NCBI GenBank assembly: GCA_963808625.1
Contig: CAWEHK010000023.1
Span: 1-64,000 of the forward strand
DNA from: an uncultured delta proteobacterium
GTDB lineage: Bacteria; Desulfobacterota; Syntrophobacteria; Syntrophobacterales; Syntrophobacteraceae
Direction: 5' to 3'
Length of the DNA: 64,000 bases
Below are positions 1-8,211 of the stretch, piece by piece; the first letter of the stretch is position 1; each line of letters begins with the position of its first letter. A model generated the notes under the pieces. It saw nothing but the letters and a program-made list of their open reading frames with translations, was not told the origin of the DNA and did not search any database. A program made the translations under genes and the position numbers.

Positions 1-660
1 GCCTTCGAATACCGGAGTGATCACCATCTTGGCGATCTCTTCGCGGAGTCTCGCCAAGTCAGGTTCCGAGGACTTGTTCTGACTGGCGGTGATGGTGATA
101 CTGTGAAGGCGGTAGGGGCTTCGGTTCCGGTACTCGATGCCCACATCGATTTTCGCTTCGGGAGCCAGATACGGGAGTCTCTTCTGCCTTCTGGTCAGGG
201 TATACTGCCGGGCAAGATCATGGGCCAGGCACACGGGAAGAGGCATGAGCTCAGGGGTTTGATTGCAGGCGAAACCGAAAACGGTCGCCTGGTCCCGGGC
301 GTGAATCCCCTCGATTTCCTCCTCGCTGAGTTTGTGTTCGTCGAAGCAACACCAATCGTCGGCCGGCATTTCCTGCAGACTCGTCAGGATGCTGCAGGTT
401 TTCGAGTTGAAATCGGCCTGGTCGTAGCCGACCCTCTGGATGACTTTCCGGGCGATGGTCGGGAAGTCGACCACCTCATCCGATGCGAACCGCGCGGCAA
501 TAAAGACGATGGAGGATGAGACGGCACACTCGGCGATGACTCTCGAAAGGGGCGCCTGCTCCAGGAAATGGTCCACAATCGCGTCACTGATCTGATCGCA
601 CAATTTGTCCGGATGCCCTTCGGTCACGGAGGCAGAACTGAAGACGAAATCTCTCTTCAT
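1..660 (-). CDS. metK: Divergent S-adenosylmethionine synthetase paralogue (3' end runs off window)
   Basis: Not in the ORF track; translated by hand from ATG 660: MKRDFVFSSASVTEGHPDKLCDQISDAIVD...RVIAECAV...VFGFACNQTPELMPLPVCLAH...PEAK. The start overlaps the ATPase stop (ATGA). Confidence 0.9.
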   Translation of the reverse strand, partial: MKRDFVFSSASVTEGHPDKLCDQISDAIVDHFLEQAPLSRVIAECAVSSSIVFIAARFASDEVVDFPTIARKVIQRVGYDQADFNSKTCSILTSLQEMPADDWCCFDEHKLSEEEIEGIHARDQATVFGFACNQTPELMPLPVCLAHDLARQYTLTRRQKRLPYLAPEAKIDVGIEYRNRSPYRLHSITITASQNKSSEPDLARLREEIAKMVITPVFEG

Positions 661-3600
661 GGTTTGACCCCTTGCGCGGTGGTTTTGGTGGCTTCGTTGA
701 CGAGCAGAGGAAGCAAGCTGGAGGCTCCGATCACGGCGCCGTCCAGAACGCTGATGGCGCCGATTCCCAAGAGGTTTCGCAACCCGGGAACGATCATGGT
801 CAGCAGCTGGAGCAGCAGTGACCCTGACAGCGCCAGGTTGAGATAGCGGTTCGGGGGGAGCTTTTCCTCGCTGAAGATGCTGTGGGTTTCCGAGCGGCAG
901 CTCACGGCATGGAGCAACTGTCCCAGGGTGAGGCTCTGAAAGGCCAGGCTGTTGGCCCTGGCCCCCATGCCGTAGCGGCTGATCCCGTAAGCGTAAGCGC
1001 CCAGGGTGCTCGCGCTGATGATCGAGGACTCGAAGGTGATTCTCTTGAAATCCGACTTCCGCACGATCGGCTCCTCGGGATCGCGCGGCGGACGCTGCAG
1101 CACGTCGGGCTCGGGAGGCTCGAGGGCGAGGGCGAGGCCGGGAAAGATGTCCGACATGAGATTGATCCAGAGCAGCTGCATGGCCGTCAAGGGGTAGCCG
1201 AGGCCGAGGGCGCCGGCGAAAAACATGACCATGATTTCACTGAAGTTGGTGGACAGCAGAAAGTGGAGTGCCTTCCTGATGTTGCTGTAAATGCTTCGGC
1301 CATGGCCTACCGCCACGATCATGGTTTCCAGATTGTCATTCTCGAGGATGACATCGGCCACCTCGCGAGCCATGTCGGTCCCGGTGTTGCCGAGGGCGAC
1401 TCCGATATCGGCGGCTTTCAAGGCTGGGCCATCGTTGATTCCGTCGCCCGTCATGGCCACGATCCGCCCGCTTTTCTGGAGGGCCTGAACGATCTGCAGC
1501 TTGCTGGCCGGACTCACCCGGGCAAAGACGTCAATCCGTTGGGAAAGCGCCCGCAGAGCGTCGCTATCGATGTTGGTGAGATGGCTTGAGTCGAGAATCT
1601 CCAGGGGATCATCGTTACTCAGGTTCAGTTCTTTGCCGACGGCGTAAGCCGTTGCCGCTTGATCGCCGGTGATCATGATGGTGGCGATGCCTGCCTCATG
1701 AAAGCGCGAAATCAGCTCCTTGACCCCGTCTCTGATGGGATCCGCCATTCCGACCAGACCCAGCCAGGTGAGTCCTTTCTCAAGCTCCGCACCCTCGCCG
1801 TCAGGACCGATATAACAGGCGAACCCGAGGCACCTTAACGCCTCGCCGGCCATGCGCTCGTTTTCGGTTTCGATGCGGTTTCGGTCCTCTTCGGTCAAGA
1901 ACAGTTCCTCGTTGCCCTGGATGTGGCGGTCGCACATTTCGAGCACTTCGAGGGGGCTTCCTTTAAAGGCGACGAGGATTTGGTGGTCTTCGGCTCGATG
2001 GAGGGTCTCCATGAAGAGACGGCTCTCCGAGCGGTAGTTGGTTTTCAGCAGGGGATACTGCTTTCGCAGTTCGGCAATATCGACTCCCGCCTGGATGGCC
2101 ATGCGGATGAGAGCGGTCTCGGTGGACGAGCCTTCCAGGAGAAGCTCTTCACCACTCCCGCTGATTTCGGTCTCATTGCACAGGGCGGAAACCCTCATCA
2201 GTTGCAGCATTTCGCCGCAACTGCCGGGGTCGATGGGGCCGGCCTTGGAATGGAACTGCCCGTCCGTAAGTTTCACCCGCTGCATGCCGGCATAAACCTG
2301 CTGGACCGACATCCGGTTTTCGGTCACCGTCCCGGTCTTGTCGAAACAGATGGTTTGGACCGCCCCCAGGGTTTCCACGGCGTCAAGGCGGCGGATCAGG
2401 ACATTCTGCCTCGCCATGTTCTTGATACCCAGGGCCAGGGTCGTGGTGGCGACCGCCGGGAGGCCTTCCGGAACGGCTGCCACCGCGAGGGAAATGGATA
2501 TCTTGAACATCTCCAGGAACCCCTGACCGCGGATAAGCCCAATCACGAAGACCAGCCCGCAGACCGCCCCGCTGATTCCGACCAACTGGTTCCCCATCAG
2601 GCTCAACTGCTTCTCCATGGGGGTTTCGGGAGCGGTGGCTTCCCCGACCAGGAGCTGAAGCTGCCCCATTTCCGTATAGCTTCCCGTGGCTACCACAATG
2701 GCGATCCCCTGGCCGCCGGTGACGAGGGTGCCCATGAACACCATGTTGAGTCGGTCGGCGAGCGGGGTGTTTTCGGGCTTGATCGCCAGGGCGTCCTTGA
2801 CGACCGGCAGGCTCTCACCGGTCAGCACCGACTCGTCGACACTCAGTTGGGTCGCCTCGAGCAGCCTGCTGTCGGCGGCGACATAGCTTCCCGGCCGGAG
2901 GACGAGAAGATCTCCGGGGACGACCTCGTGCAGTTCAATGTCCACTACGCCGTTATCGCGAACGACCTGGGCCCTGGGATGAACGAGGTTCTTGAGGGAC
3001 TCGATGGCGCGTTCGGATTCGTTTTCCGTGACATAGCCGATGACGGCATTGAGGCCGACCACACCCATGATGACGACGGCGTCCGCAATCCCGCCGGTGA
3101 AAACCGAGATTCCCGCGGCGACGCCCAGCAGGGCTACGGGAAGGGAATTGAACTGACTGATAAAAATGCCGAACCGGGAGCGTGAAGCGCATTCGGGGAG
3201 AGCATTGGGTCCATGTCTGCGGAGCCTTTCGTGGGCAGCCCCGAGGGTCAAGCCCGAGGTTTCCGAGGTGCTCAAGGCTCGGGCTACCGAACCTGCGTCC
3301 ATGGCGTGCCATGTAGCATGTGTTTGGGGCTCGTAGGCGAAGCGAAGCTTGAGGTCTTCGAGCCTCTTCCGCACCCTGGAGGAAGGCTGAAGGTTATCCG
3401 TGGTTATTGGGGGTGGGCTGGTTGTTTTGAGGTCATGCCGAGAAGCCGGTCCTACCGGATGCCGTTCGTCGGCTTCATGCGCAGCCTGGCCAACCAAAGC
3501 GGTGATGTGCAAAGCGATGGCTTCGGGAGTGTTGCCGTTCTCATGGTCATAGATGACGAGGAGATTGCCGGTGAGGAAGCTGGCAGAGGCGAGTCTTATT

Positions 3601-3746
3601 TCGCTCCTCAGGGAGAGTCCCGCCTCAAGGCGCTGCTTGATGGCTTCGCATCGATAGAGTGCTCTTACCCGGTATCGCACTCTCCCTTTTACCGCAGCAT
3701 GGATGACTTGAATCGTAGGGCCTGGCGTTCGACCGGGTGCGTCCAT
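657..3746 (-). CDS. P-type cation-transporting ATPase (P2A/Ca-ATPase-like) with N-terminal HMA2-like domain
   Basis: TGES, AVPEGL, DKTGT, KGSP, MITGD and TGDGINDGPAL motifs; C-terminal LWINL..DIFPGLAL; N-terminal IHAAVKGRVRYRV...TGNLLVIYD. Confidence 0.95.
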   Translation of the reverse strand: MDAPGRTPGPTIQVIHAAVKGRVRYRVRALYRCEAIKQRLEAGLSLRSEIRLASASFLTGNLLVIYDHENGNTPEAIALHITALVGQAAHEADERHPVGPASRHDLKTTSPPPITTDNLQPSSRVRKRLEDLKLRFAYEPQTHATWHAMDAGSVARALSTSETSGLTLGAAHERLRRHGPNALPECASRSRFGIFISQFNSLPVALLGVAAGISVFTGGIADAVVIMGVVGLNAVIGYVTENESERAIESLKNLVHPRAQVVRDNGVVDIELHEVVPGDLLVLRPGSYVAADSRLLEATQLSVDESVLTGESLPVVKDALAIKPENTPLADRLNMVFMGTLVTGGQGIAIVVATGSYTEMGQLQLLVGEATAPETPMEKQLSLMGNQLVGISGAVCGLVFVIGLIRGQGFLEMFKISISLAVAAVPEGLPAVATTTLALGIKNMARQNVLIRRLDAVETLGAVQTICFDKTGTVTENRMSVQQVYAGMQRVKLTDGQFHSKAGPIDPGSCGEMLQLMRVSALCNETEISGSGEELLLEGSSTETALIRMAIQAGVDIAELRKQYPLLKTNYRSESRLFMETLHRAEDHQILVAFKGSPLEVLEMCDRHIQGNEELFLTEEDRNRIETENERMAGEALRCLGFACYIGPDGEGAELEKGLTWLGLVGMADPIRDGVKELISRFHEAGIATIMITGDQAATAYAVGKELNLSNDDPLEILDSSHLTNIDSDALRALSQRIDVFARVSPASKLQIVQALQKSGRIVAMTGDGINDGPALKAADIGVALGNTGTDMAREVADVILENDNLETMIVAVGHGRSIYSNIRKALHFLLSTNFSEIMVMFFAGALGLGYPLTAMQLLWINLMSDIFPGLALALEPPEPDVLQRPPRDPEEPIVRKSDFKRITFESSIISASTLGAYAYGISRYGMGARANSLAFQSLTLGQLLHAVSCRSETHSIFSEEKLPPNRYLNLALSGSLLLQLLTMIVPGLRNLLGIGAISVLDGAVIGASSLLPLLVNEATKTTAQGVKP

Positions 3747-3901
3747 CTTCCCTTCAGTTACCGTTCCATTGAGATCGATATTCCTGCAGTCGCTGCATTA
3801 CAGCGATTTTTGACATCTCCCGTCTGCGTATCACGGGTATGTTAGCCAGGGTTACAGCTTTGTTACGTTTCGAATGCTGTTTGCTGTAGGCTATTCCCGG
3901 T

Positions 3902-4615
3902 CTAGGCCGCCCGCTTCTTGACGTCCGGAGCCTTCTCTTTTTCCACGTGGGTCGGGCTGCCTGACACCTTGGGCTCAGGTCCGCCGCTTGCCGGGGTTTC
4001 GGCGTCCGCGGCCGAACGCGCGCGGGGAAGCGCCGTGCCGGCAAGCTGCTTGACGCCTTCCACGGTGCCGACCAGGACCTCCCTGACCGCCTTCACCGCG
4101 CTGCCGCCAATGGACCCGGCGGCATCTATGGCGCCGCCCACGGTTACCTTGGCAACCTCTTCCACATTGGCTCCCGTTTCCTTGGCCGCTTCCAGGATGC
4201 CGTCCACTGCTCTCCTGGCGACCGAAGCCACGTCAGCCCCGACCTCGGAGGCCCCTTGGACGGTGCCTTTGATCGTCTCCCGGGCCACCGACAGGATGTC
4301 GCCACCCACGTCGCTCACACCCATGACGATGCCCTTGGCCAGGCTTTTGGCGCTCAATAGCAACCCGGTCCCGACCTCTTCGGTAGCGGTGATGGCCCCT
4401 TTCAGGACGTCTCTGGTCACGGCAATGGCGTCACCGGCCACACTTCCCGTGGCCTTCAAGGTGTCGCCAACGGTGTTCCTCACCACATCCAGGATCTCGG
4501 TCTCTATCTGGTAGATTCCCTTCAGGGTGCCGATCACACCGTCTTTCACGGTCGTTCCCGCCGCTCCCAGCCTCTCTTTCAAATCACTGCCGCTTGCCGA
4601 CTCTTGATCCGTCAT
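3902..4615 (-). CDS. Hypothetical Ala/Gly/Val-rich protein with about 8 tandem 22-aa amphipathic repeats and a low-complexity tail
   Basis: ATG 4615 has RBS AAGGGAGG. Repeats include VRNTVGDTLKATGSVAGDAIAV, ARETIKGTVQGASEVGADVASV and ARRAVDGILEAAKETGANVEEV. Confidence 0.85.
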   Translation of the reverse strand: MTDQESASGSDLKERLGAAGTTVKDGVIGTLKGIYQIETEILDVVRNTVGDTLKATGSVAGDAIAVTRDVLKGAITATEEVGTGLLLSAKSLAKGIVMGVSDVGGDILSVARETIKGTVQGASEVGADVASVARRAVDGILEAAKETGANVEEVAKVTVGGAIDAAGSIGGSAVKAVREVLVGTVEGVKQLAGTALPRARSAADAETPASGGPEPKVSGSPTHVEKEKAPDVKKRAA

Positions 4616-4643
4616 GTCGCTCCTCCCTTTCCCAGCCGTTAGA

Positions 4644-5147
4644 CTAGGCTGTTGTTGAGTTGTCAGAGCCTTCACTGTCCTTGGTTGACTGAACGTTCAA
4701 AATAATGCTCGATGCGTACCAGAAGGCCGTGTACCATGCCGGGGCGACAAAATTGCCGATACTGAGCTGATACATACCGGCCCCGATGAGGCCTAAAAAA
4801 ACAAGGCTCGGAATGTCCAGTTCCCCCTTGGTGGCAGCTCTGACTTGGTCGTCCAAATGCCGAAAGGAGGCGATCACCCGCTGGTTCAACGTCGCCTTGC
4901 GGGGTGTTGGTGACTGAGGTTGGACGAGACCGAACCTGATTGCCATCTGCTTGAGCGTAGCGGCGTCAATGCGATGCAGCAGGAGCACACTGCCGGTCAC
5001 CGGGTTGACCTGCACCTGGTCAATACCGGGGTAGCCGGAGAGGAGTTCCTTCAAGCCGCCGAAGAAGGCTGCATCGCCCTTTTTCGAGGGGATCTTCACC
5101 CGCAGACGATGGGGCGTCTGATGAGTTACGAAAGCTTCAGGAAGCAC
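4644..5147 (-). CDS. HMA2-like domain membrane protein
   Basis: HQTPHRLRVKI...QVNPVTGSVLLLH followed by a C-terminal hydrophobic segment LGLIGAG...APAWYTAFWYA. Confidence 0.8.
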   Translation of the reverse strand: MLPEAFVTHQTPHRLRVKIPSKKGDAAFFGGLKELLSGYPGIDQVQVNPVTGSVLLLHRIDAATLKQMAIRFGLVQPQSPTPRKATLNQRVIASFRHLDDQVRAATKGELDIPSLVFLGLIGAGMYQLSIGNFVAPAWYTAFWYASSIILNVQSTKDSEGSDNSTTA

Positions 5148-5449
5148 TGGGCCCGATTCCCGCCCCTTCCGCCGGCGCCGCGGGAGAGGTTACGGAGGCG
5201 TCCACAATTCCAGCCTCGTCGTAAAGCTCGGCCTTCACCTCCGCGGCAAGGTCCTCGAACAGCTCTTGAGCCTCGGCGATCATCTCCTGGCCTTTTTCGT
5301 ACAGCAAGAATCCCTCCCTTGAGACCGGCTTTGATCAAGGGTTTGGCTGCAGCTGCCAGGACCGGCACAATCACGGGGGCGAGGATCACGGCGCCGATGC
5401 CGATGACGAGGCCGGTGCTGACGCGAAACCCGTTATCAAAAAGTGCCAT
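5137..5449 (-). CDS. DUF5132-like small membrane protein (single +1 frameshift near 5305)
   Basis: GLVIGIGAVILAPVIVPVLAAAAKPLIKAGLKGGIL continues in the shifted frame as LYEKGQEMIAEAQELFEDLAAEVKAEL to TGA 5137, which overlaps the next GTG start. Confidence 0.75.
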
Positions 5450-5571
5450 GGTATGGTTCCTCCATTCTCTTGAAGTTGCATGGTATGGTTGTAAAGAGCA
5501 TGTATTGTGATGTAAGCCTCTGACAGATTCCCGAACAAACCCGTTTAATTTGGGTAGAGTTTCATTTAGAC

Positions 5572-5584
5572 TGATATTATATCA
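5572..5584 (-). promoter_or_regulatory. Extended -10 promoter (TG-A-TATAAT) inside a 6-1-6 palindrome
   Basis: The minus strand reads TGATATAATATCA, about 125 nt upstream of the first operon gene. Confidence 0.5.
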
Positions 5585-5695
5585 TCGAGTGACCATTTTT
5601 GCGTATTTCTTTCATTACTTTCCTCTAATATTTCGCAAAATGTGGGCGTGAGGGTTCATCATCGTCAAAAATCACCGGACCAGGGAGTATGCGCT

Positions 5696-6097
5696 ATGAA
5701 CACAGACCTGATCGAAAAAACAAAGAGGACGGCGGAGCTTTATTTTGAAGGGGTTGCAGATGAAAGGCCCTTTGACCTGTGGAGAGCCTTCGACCCTGAA
5801 CTTGCTAGAGACTTGTCTCTTTTTATCACGGGGCAGATGTACGGCAGGGAAAAGATACCCCACACCACCCGCCAGCTCATTACCATTGCCTGCCTTACCG
5901 TGCTCGGCAAACCCGACGAACTGAAACTTCATCTCCACGCAGGCCTCAATGTGGGATGTACGCCGCAGGAGATGGCTGAAGTGATCTTTCAGTCTGCCGT
6001 TTATGGAGGAATACCGGCAACCAACGTGGCGCTGAAGACGTTGAGACAGGTGCTGCTCGAAAAGGGCGGTGGCCGGCAGATTGATTTCCCAGTTTGA
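5696..6097 (+). CDS. Carboxymuconolactone decarboxylase (CMD) family protein
   Basis: TRQLITIACLTVLG...LKLHLHAGLNVGCTPQEMAEVIFQSAVYGGIPA. Confidence 0.9.
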   Translation: MNTDLIEKTKRTAELYFEGVADERPFDLWRAFDPELARDLSLFITGQMYGREKIPHTTRQLITIACLTVLGKPDELKLHLHAGLNVGCTPQEMAEVIFQSAVYGGIPATNVALKTLRQVLLEKGGGRQIDFPV

Positions 6098-6235
6098 CGC
6101 CGGAGGGTGCGCCGCTGCCATAAAGAGTCGTGCCAGATCAACCTGTTCAGCCGGTGCCCGGGATGCCCGCAGAGGTCGAGTGAAGTACTGAAAGCGATCC
6201 AAGAACCGGCGATTTAGGCTCCTGCCGGCTCTGCA

Positions 6236-7730
6236 TCAGTTGGGCAGCGTTAACCTCATTGCCTTGGCAATTTTCTTCGCCACATCGGTGTTGTCATAGA
6301 ACCCGTTAAAAGCGCCGGCAGTGTAACCGTGAGCGAGGACCGGCACGGGCACGCCGGTGTGAGCATAACTGGTCCAGGCGATGCCTGCCTTATTGTTGAG
6401 AATATGAGTGATGGTCACCGTCAACGGCGTGTAGCTGCCATAGAGCAGGGCATCTTCTTCGGGCAGGTTCGGGGAAGTGCGGCCGAGGCTCTTGTCGTAG
6501 GCATTTTCGAGTCGCAGCTTCTCGAAGTTGTTGAGCGTTGTGTAATCCAGTCCGAAGAGGGTCGTTGATCTGCGTTTTCAGAGCGTCCTCGAGGTCGGCC
6601 GGGCAGCCGGCGCCACATGCCGTCTTATAGGTGTTCCAAACCTTATCGAATTCGACGTAGCTCATCTTCTGATTTTCGAGTTTTTCGAAGTAGGAGGCGT
6701 AGGCGGTGCCCGCCCATCCGATGGTCATGCCGCCGGTTTCATGATCGCCGGTGACGACGATGAGGGTGTCCCAGGGATGCTTGTACATGAACTCGAGAGC
6801 CACCCCGATGGCATCATCGAAAGCCACCATGTCATCGAAGGTTGTGCGGGCGTCGTTGGCATGGCACGCCCAGTCCACTTTGCCCCCCTCGACCATAATA
6901 AAGAACCCCTTGCCTTTCTCCAGGAGGCTGACGGCCCTCGAGGTGAACTGGGCCAGGGTGAGGTGGTTGCCTGCTTGAGCGGGATCGTTGGACACTGCGT
7001 ATGTGCGGTCGATGTCGTAGAAGAGGGCCTTGTCGTTCTTGAGGTCGTCGAGAACCGGGTTGATGGCAATGGCTTTCTTGCCGGGCTTGAGGGCGTCGAT
7101 TTCGGCCTTGGTGTCAGCAACGACGTATCCCGCCGCCTGGGCAGCGGTGATCACGTTTCCCAGGGGACCATCCACGGCCTTGAAACCGCCACCGCCAAAG
7201 AAGTCGAATCCGCTCGCGTAGGTCTGGTGGCCAATGTTGTGATAGCTGCCGCGCAGGGGCTCATGAGCATAAAAACAGGCCGGGGTGGCATGGTCGATGG
7301 AGACGCTCGAGATGATGCCCACCTTCATGCCGGCGGCTTTCGCCTGCTCGGCGATGGTTGTATAGGGGACCGTTTTGGTGGGGTCCATGGAAATGACGCC
7401 CTCGGCCGTCTTCTTGCCGGTGGCAAGCGCGGTGGCGGCGGGGGCAGAATCGGTGATATAGCTGTTGTAGGGGAACGTCGTGCACATTCCCTGGACGGAA
7501 AGCTTGCTCATTCTGAGCAATTCGGCCTTGTCAACTCCGCCGACTTCATCCCTTTGGACCTTGTTGGCCAGGTAAGCCTCGGTGGCATTGATCTGGACGC
7601 TCGCCATGCCGTCCCCGATGAACAGAAATACATACTTGGCGCGTTCAATAGCCTGAGCCGCACCCGCGGTCATGAAGCAGACGAGAGCTGCCAGACTGAC
7701 AGTGATGAACCATTTGTTGGTGTTCTTCAT
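6236..7730 (-). CDS. phoA: Alkaline phosphatase, secreted (single +1 frameshift near 6560)
   Basis: Signal peptide; IGDGM, TDSAPAATA, HATPA, VEGGKVDWACHAND and TGDHETGG motifs. The C-terminus LFGLDY...YGSYTPLTVT...WTSYAHTGVPVP lies in the shifted frame. Confidence 0.9.
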
Positions 7731-7952
7731 CTTCTTCTCCTTAACGATCAATAATAAATTCGATCAGTTCGTTCAAACCACAAAAACTCCTGCACAAACT
7801 CCTTTTCTTGCGCCTCCTTCCCCGGCTACCCCGCTGGACCGGGCCACTGGGGTTCCGCACCTGTCAACTCATTGTTTCCCCGTGATTTCTTCTCATGTGA
7901 ACCAGCACAGATAAAATGCCAATGGAATCTGTCGAGAACCTTATGAGCCTTT

Positions 7953-7980
7953 TGTTACGTTTTGGTGAAGGGAGTGTGAA
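7953..7980 (-). promoter_or_regulatory. PHO-box-like triple direct repeat
   Basis: Minus strand TTCACA / TTCACC / GTAACA at exact 11-bp periodicity, upstream of phoA. Confidence 0.55.
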
Positions 7981-8211
7981 ATATTAGTGCAGTCGGGCAG
8001 TCTTGACTGAGGGCGAGAAAATTCAGTTTGAGATATTCCCGCGATCCTCTATATACCAAATTGTATTCTTAAATGCGCCCAACCGCGAAGGTTAAATGGC
8101 GCTCAGTATTCGGAACCCCAAAGCTGCAAGGCTTGCCCGAGAACTTGCGGCAGAGAGCGGAGAAGACCTGCTCCAGCAATTTCCTAATTATCTACAGGAG
8201 AGCTTCATCGC

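Noticed and set aside
657..3746. Canonical ferrosome FezB or heavy-metal P1B ATPase
   Set aside because: It has AVPEGL and a long P2-type C-terminal membrane domain, and lacks CPC-like P1B motifs.
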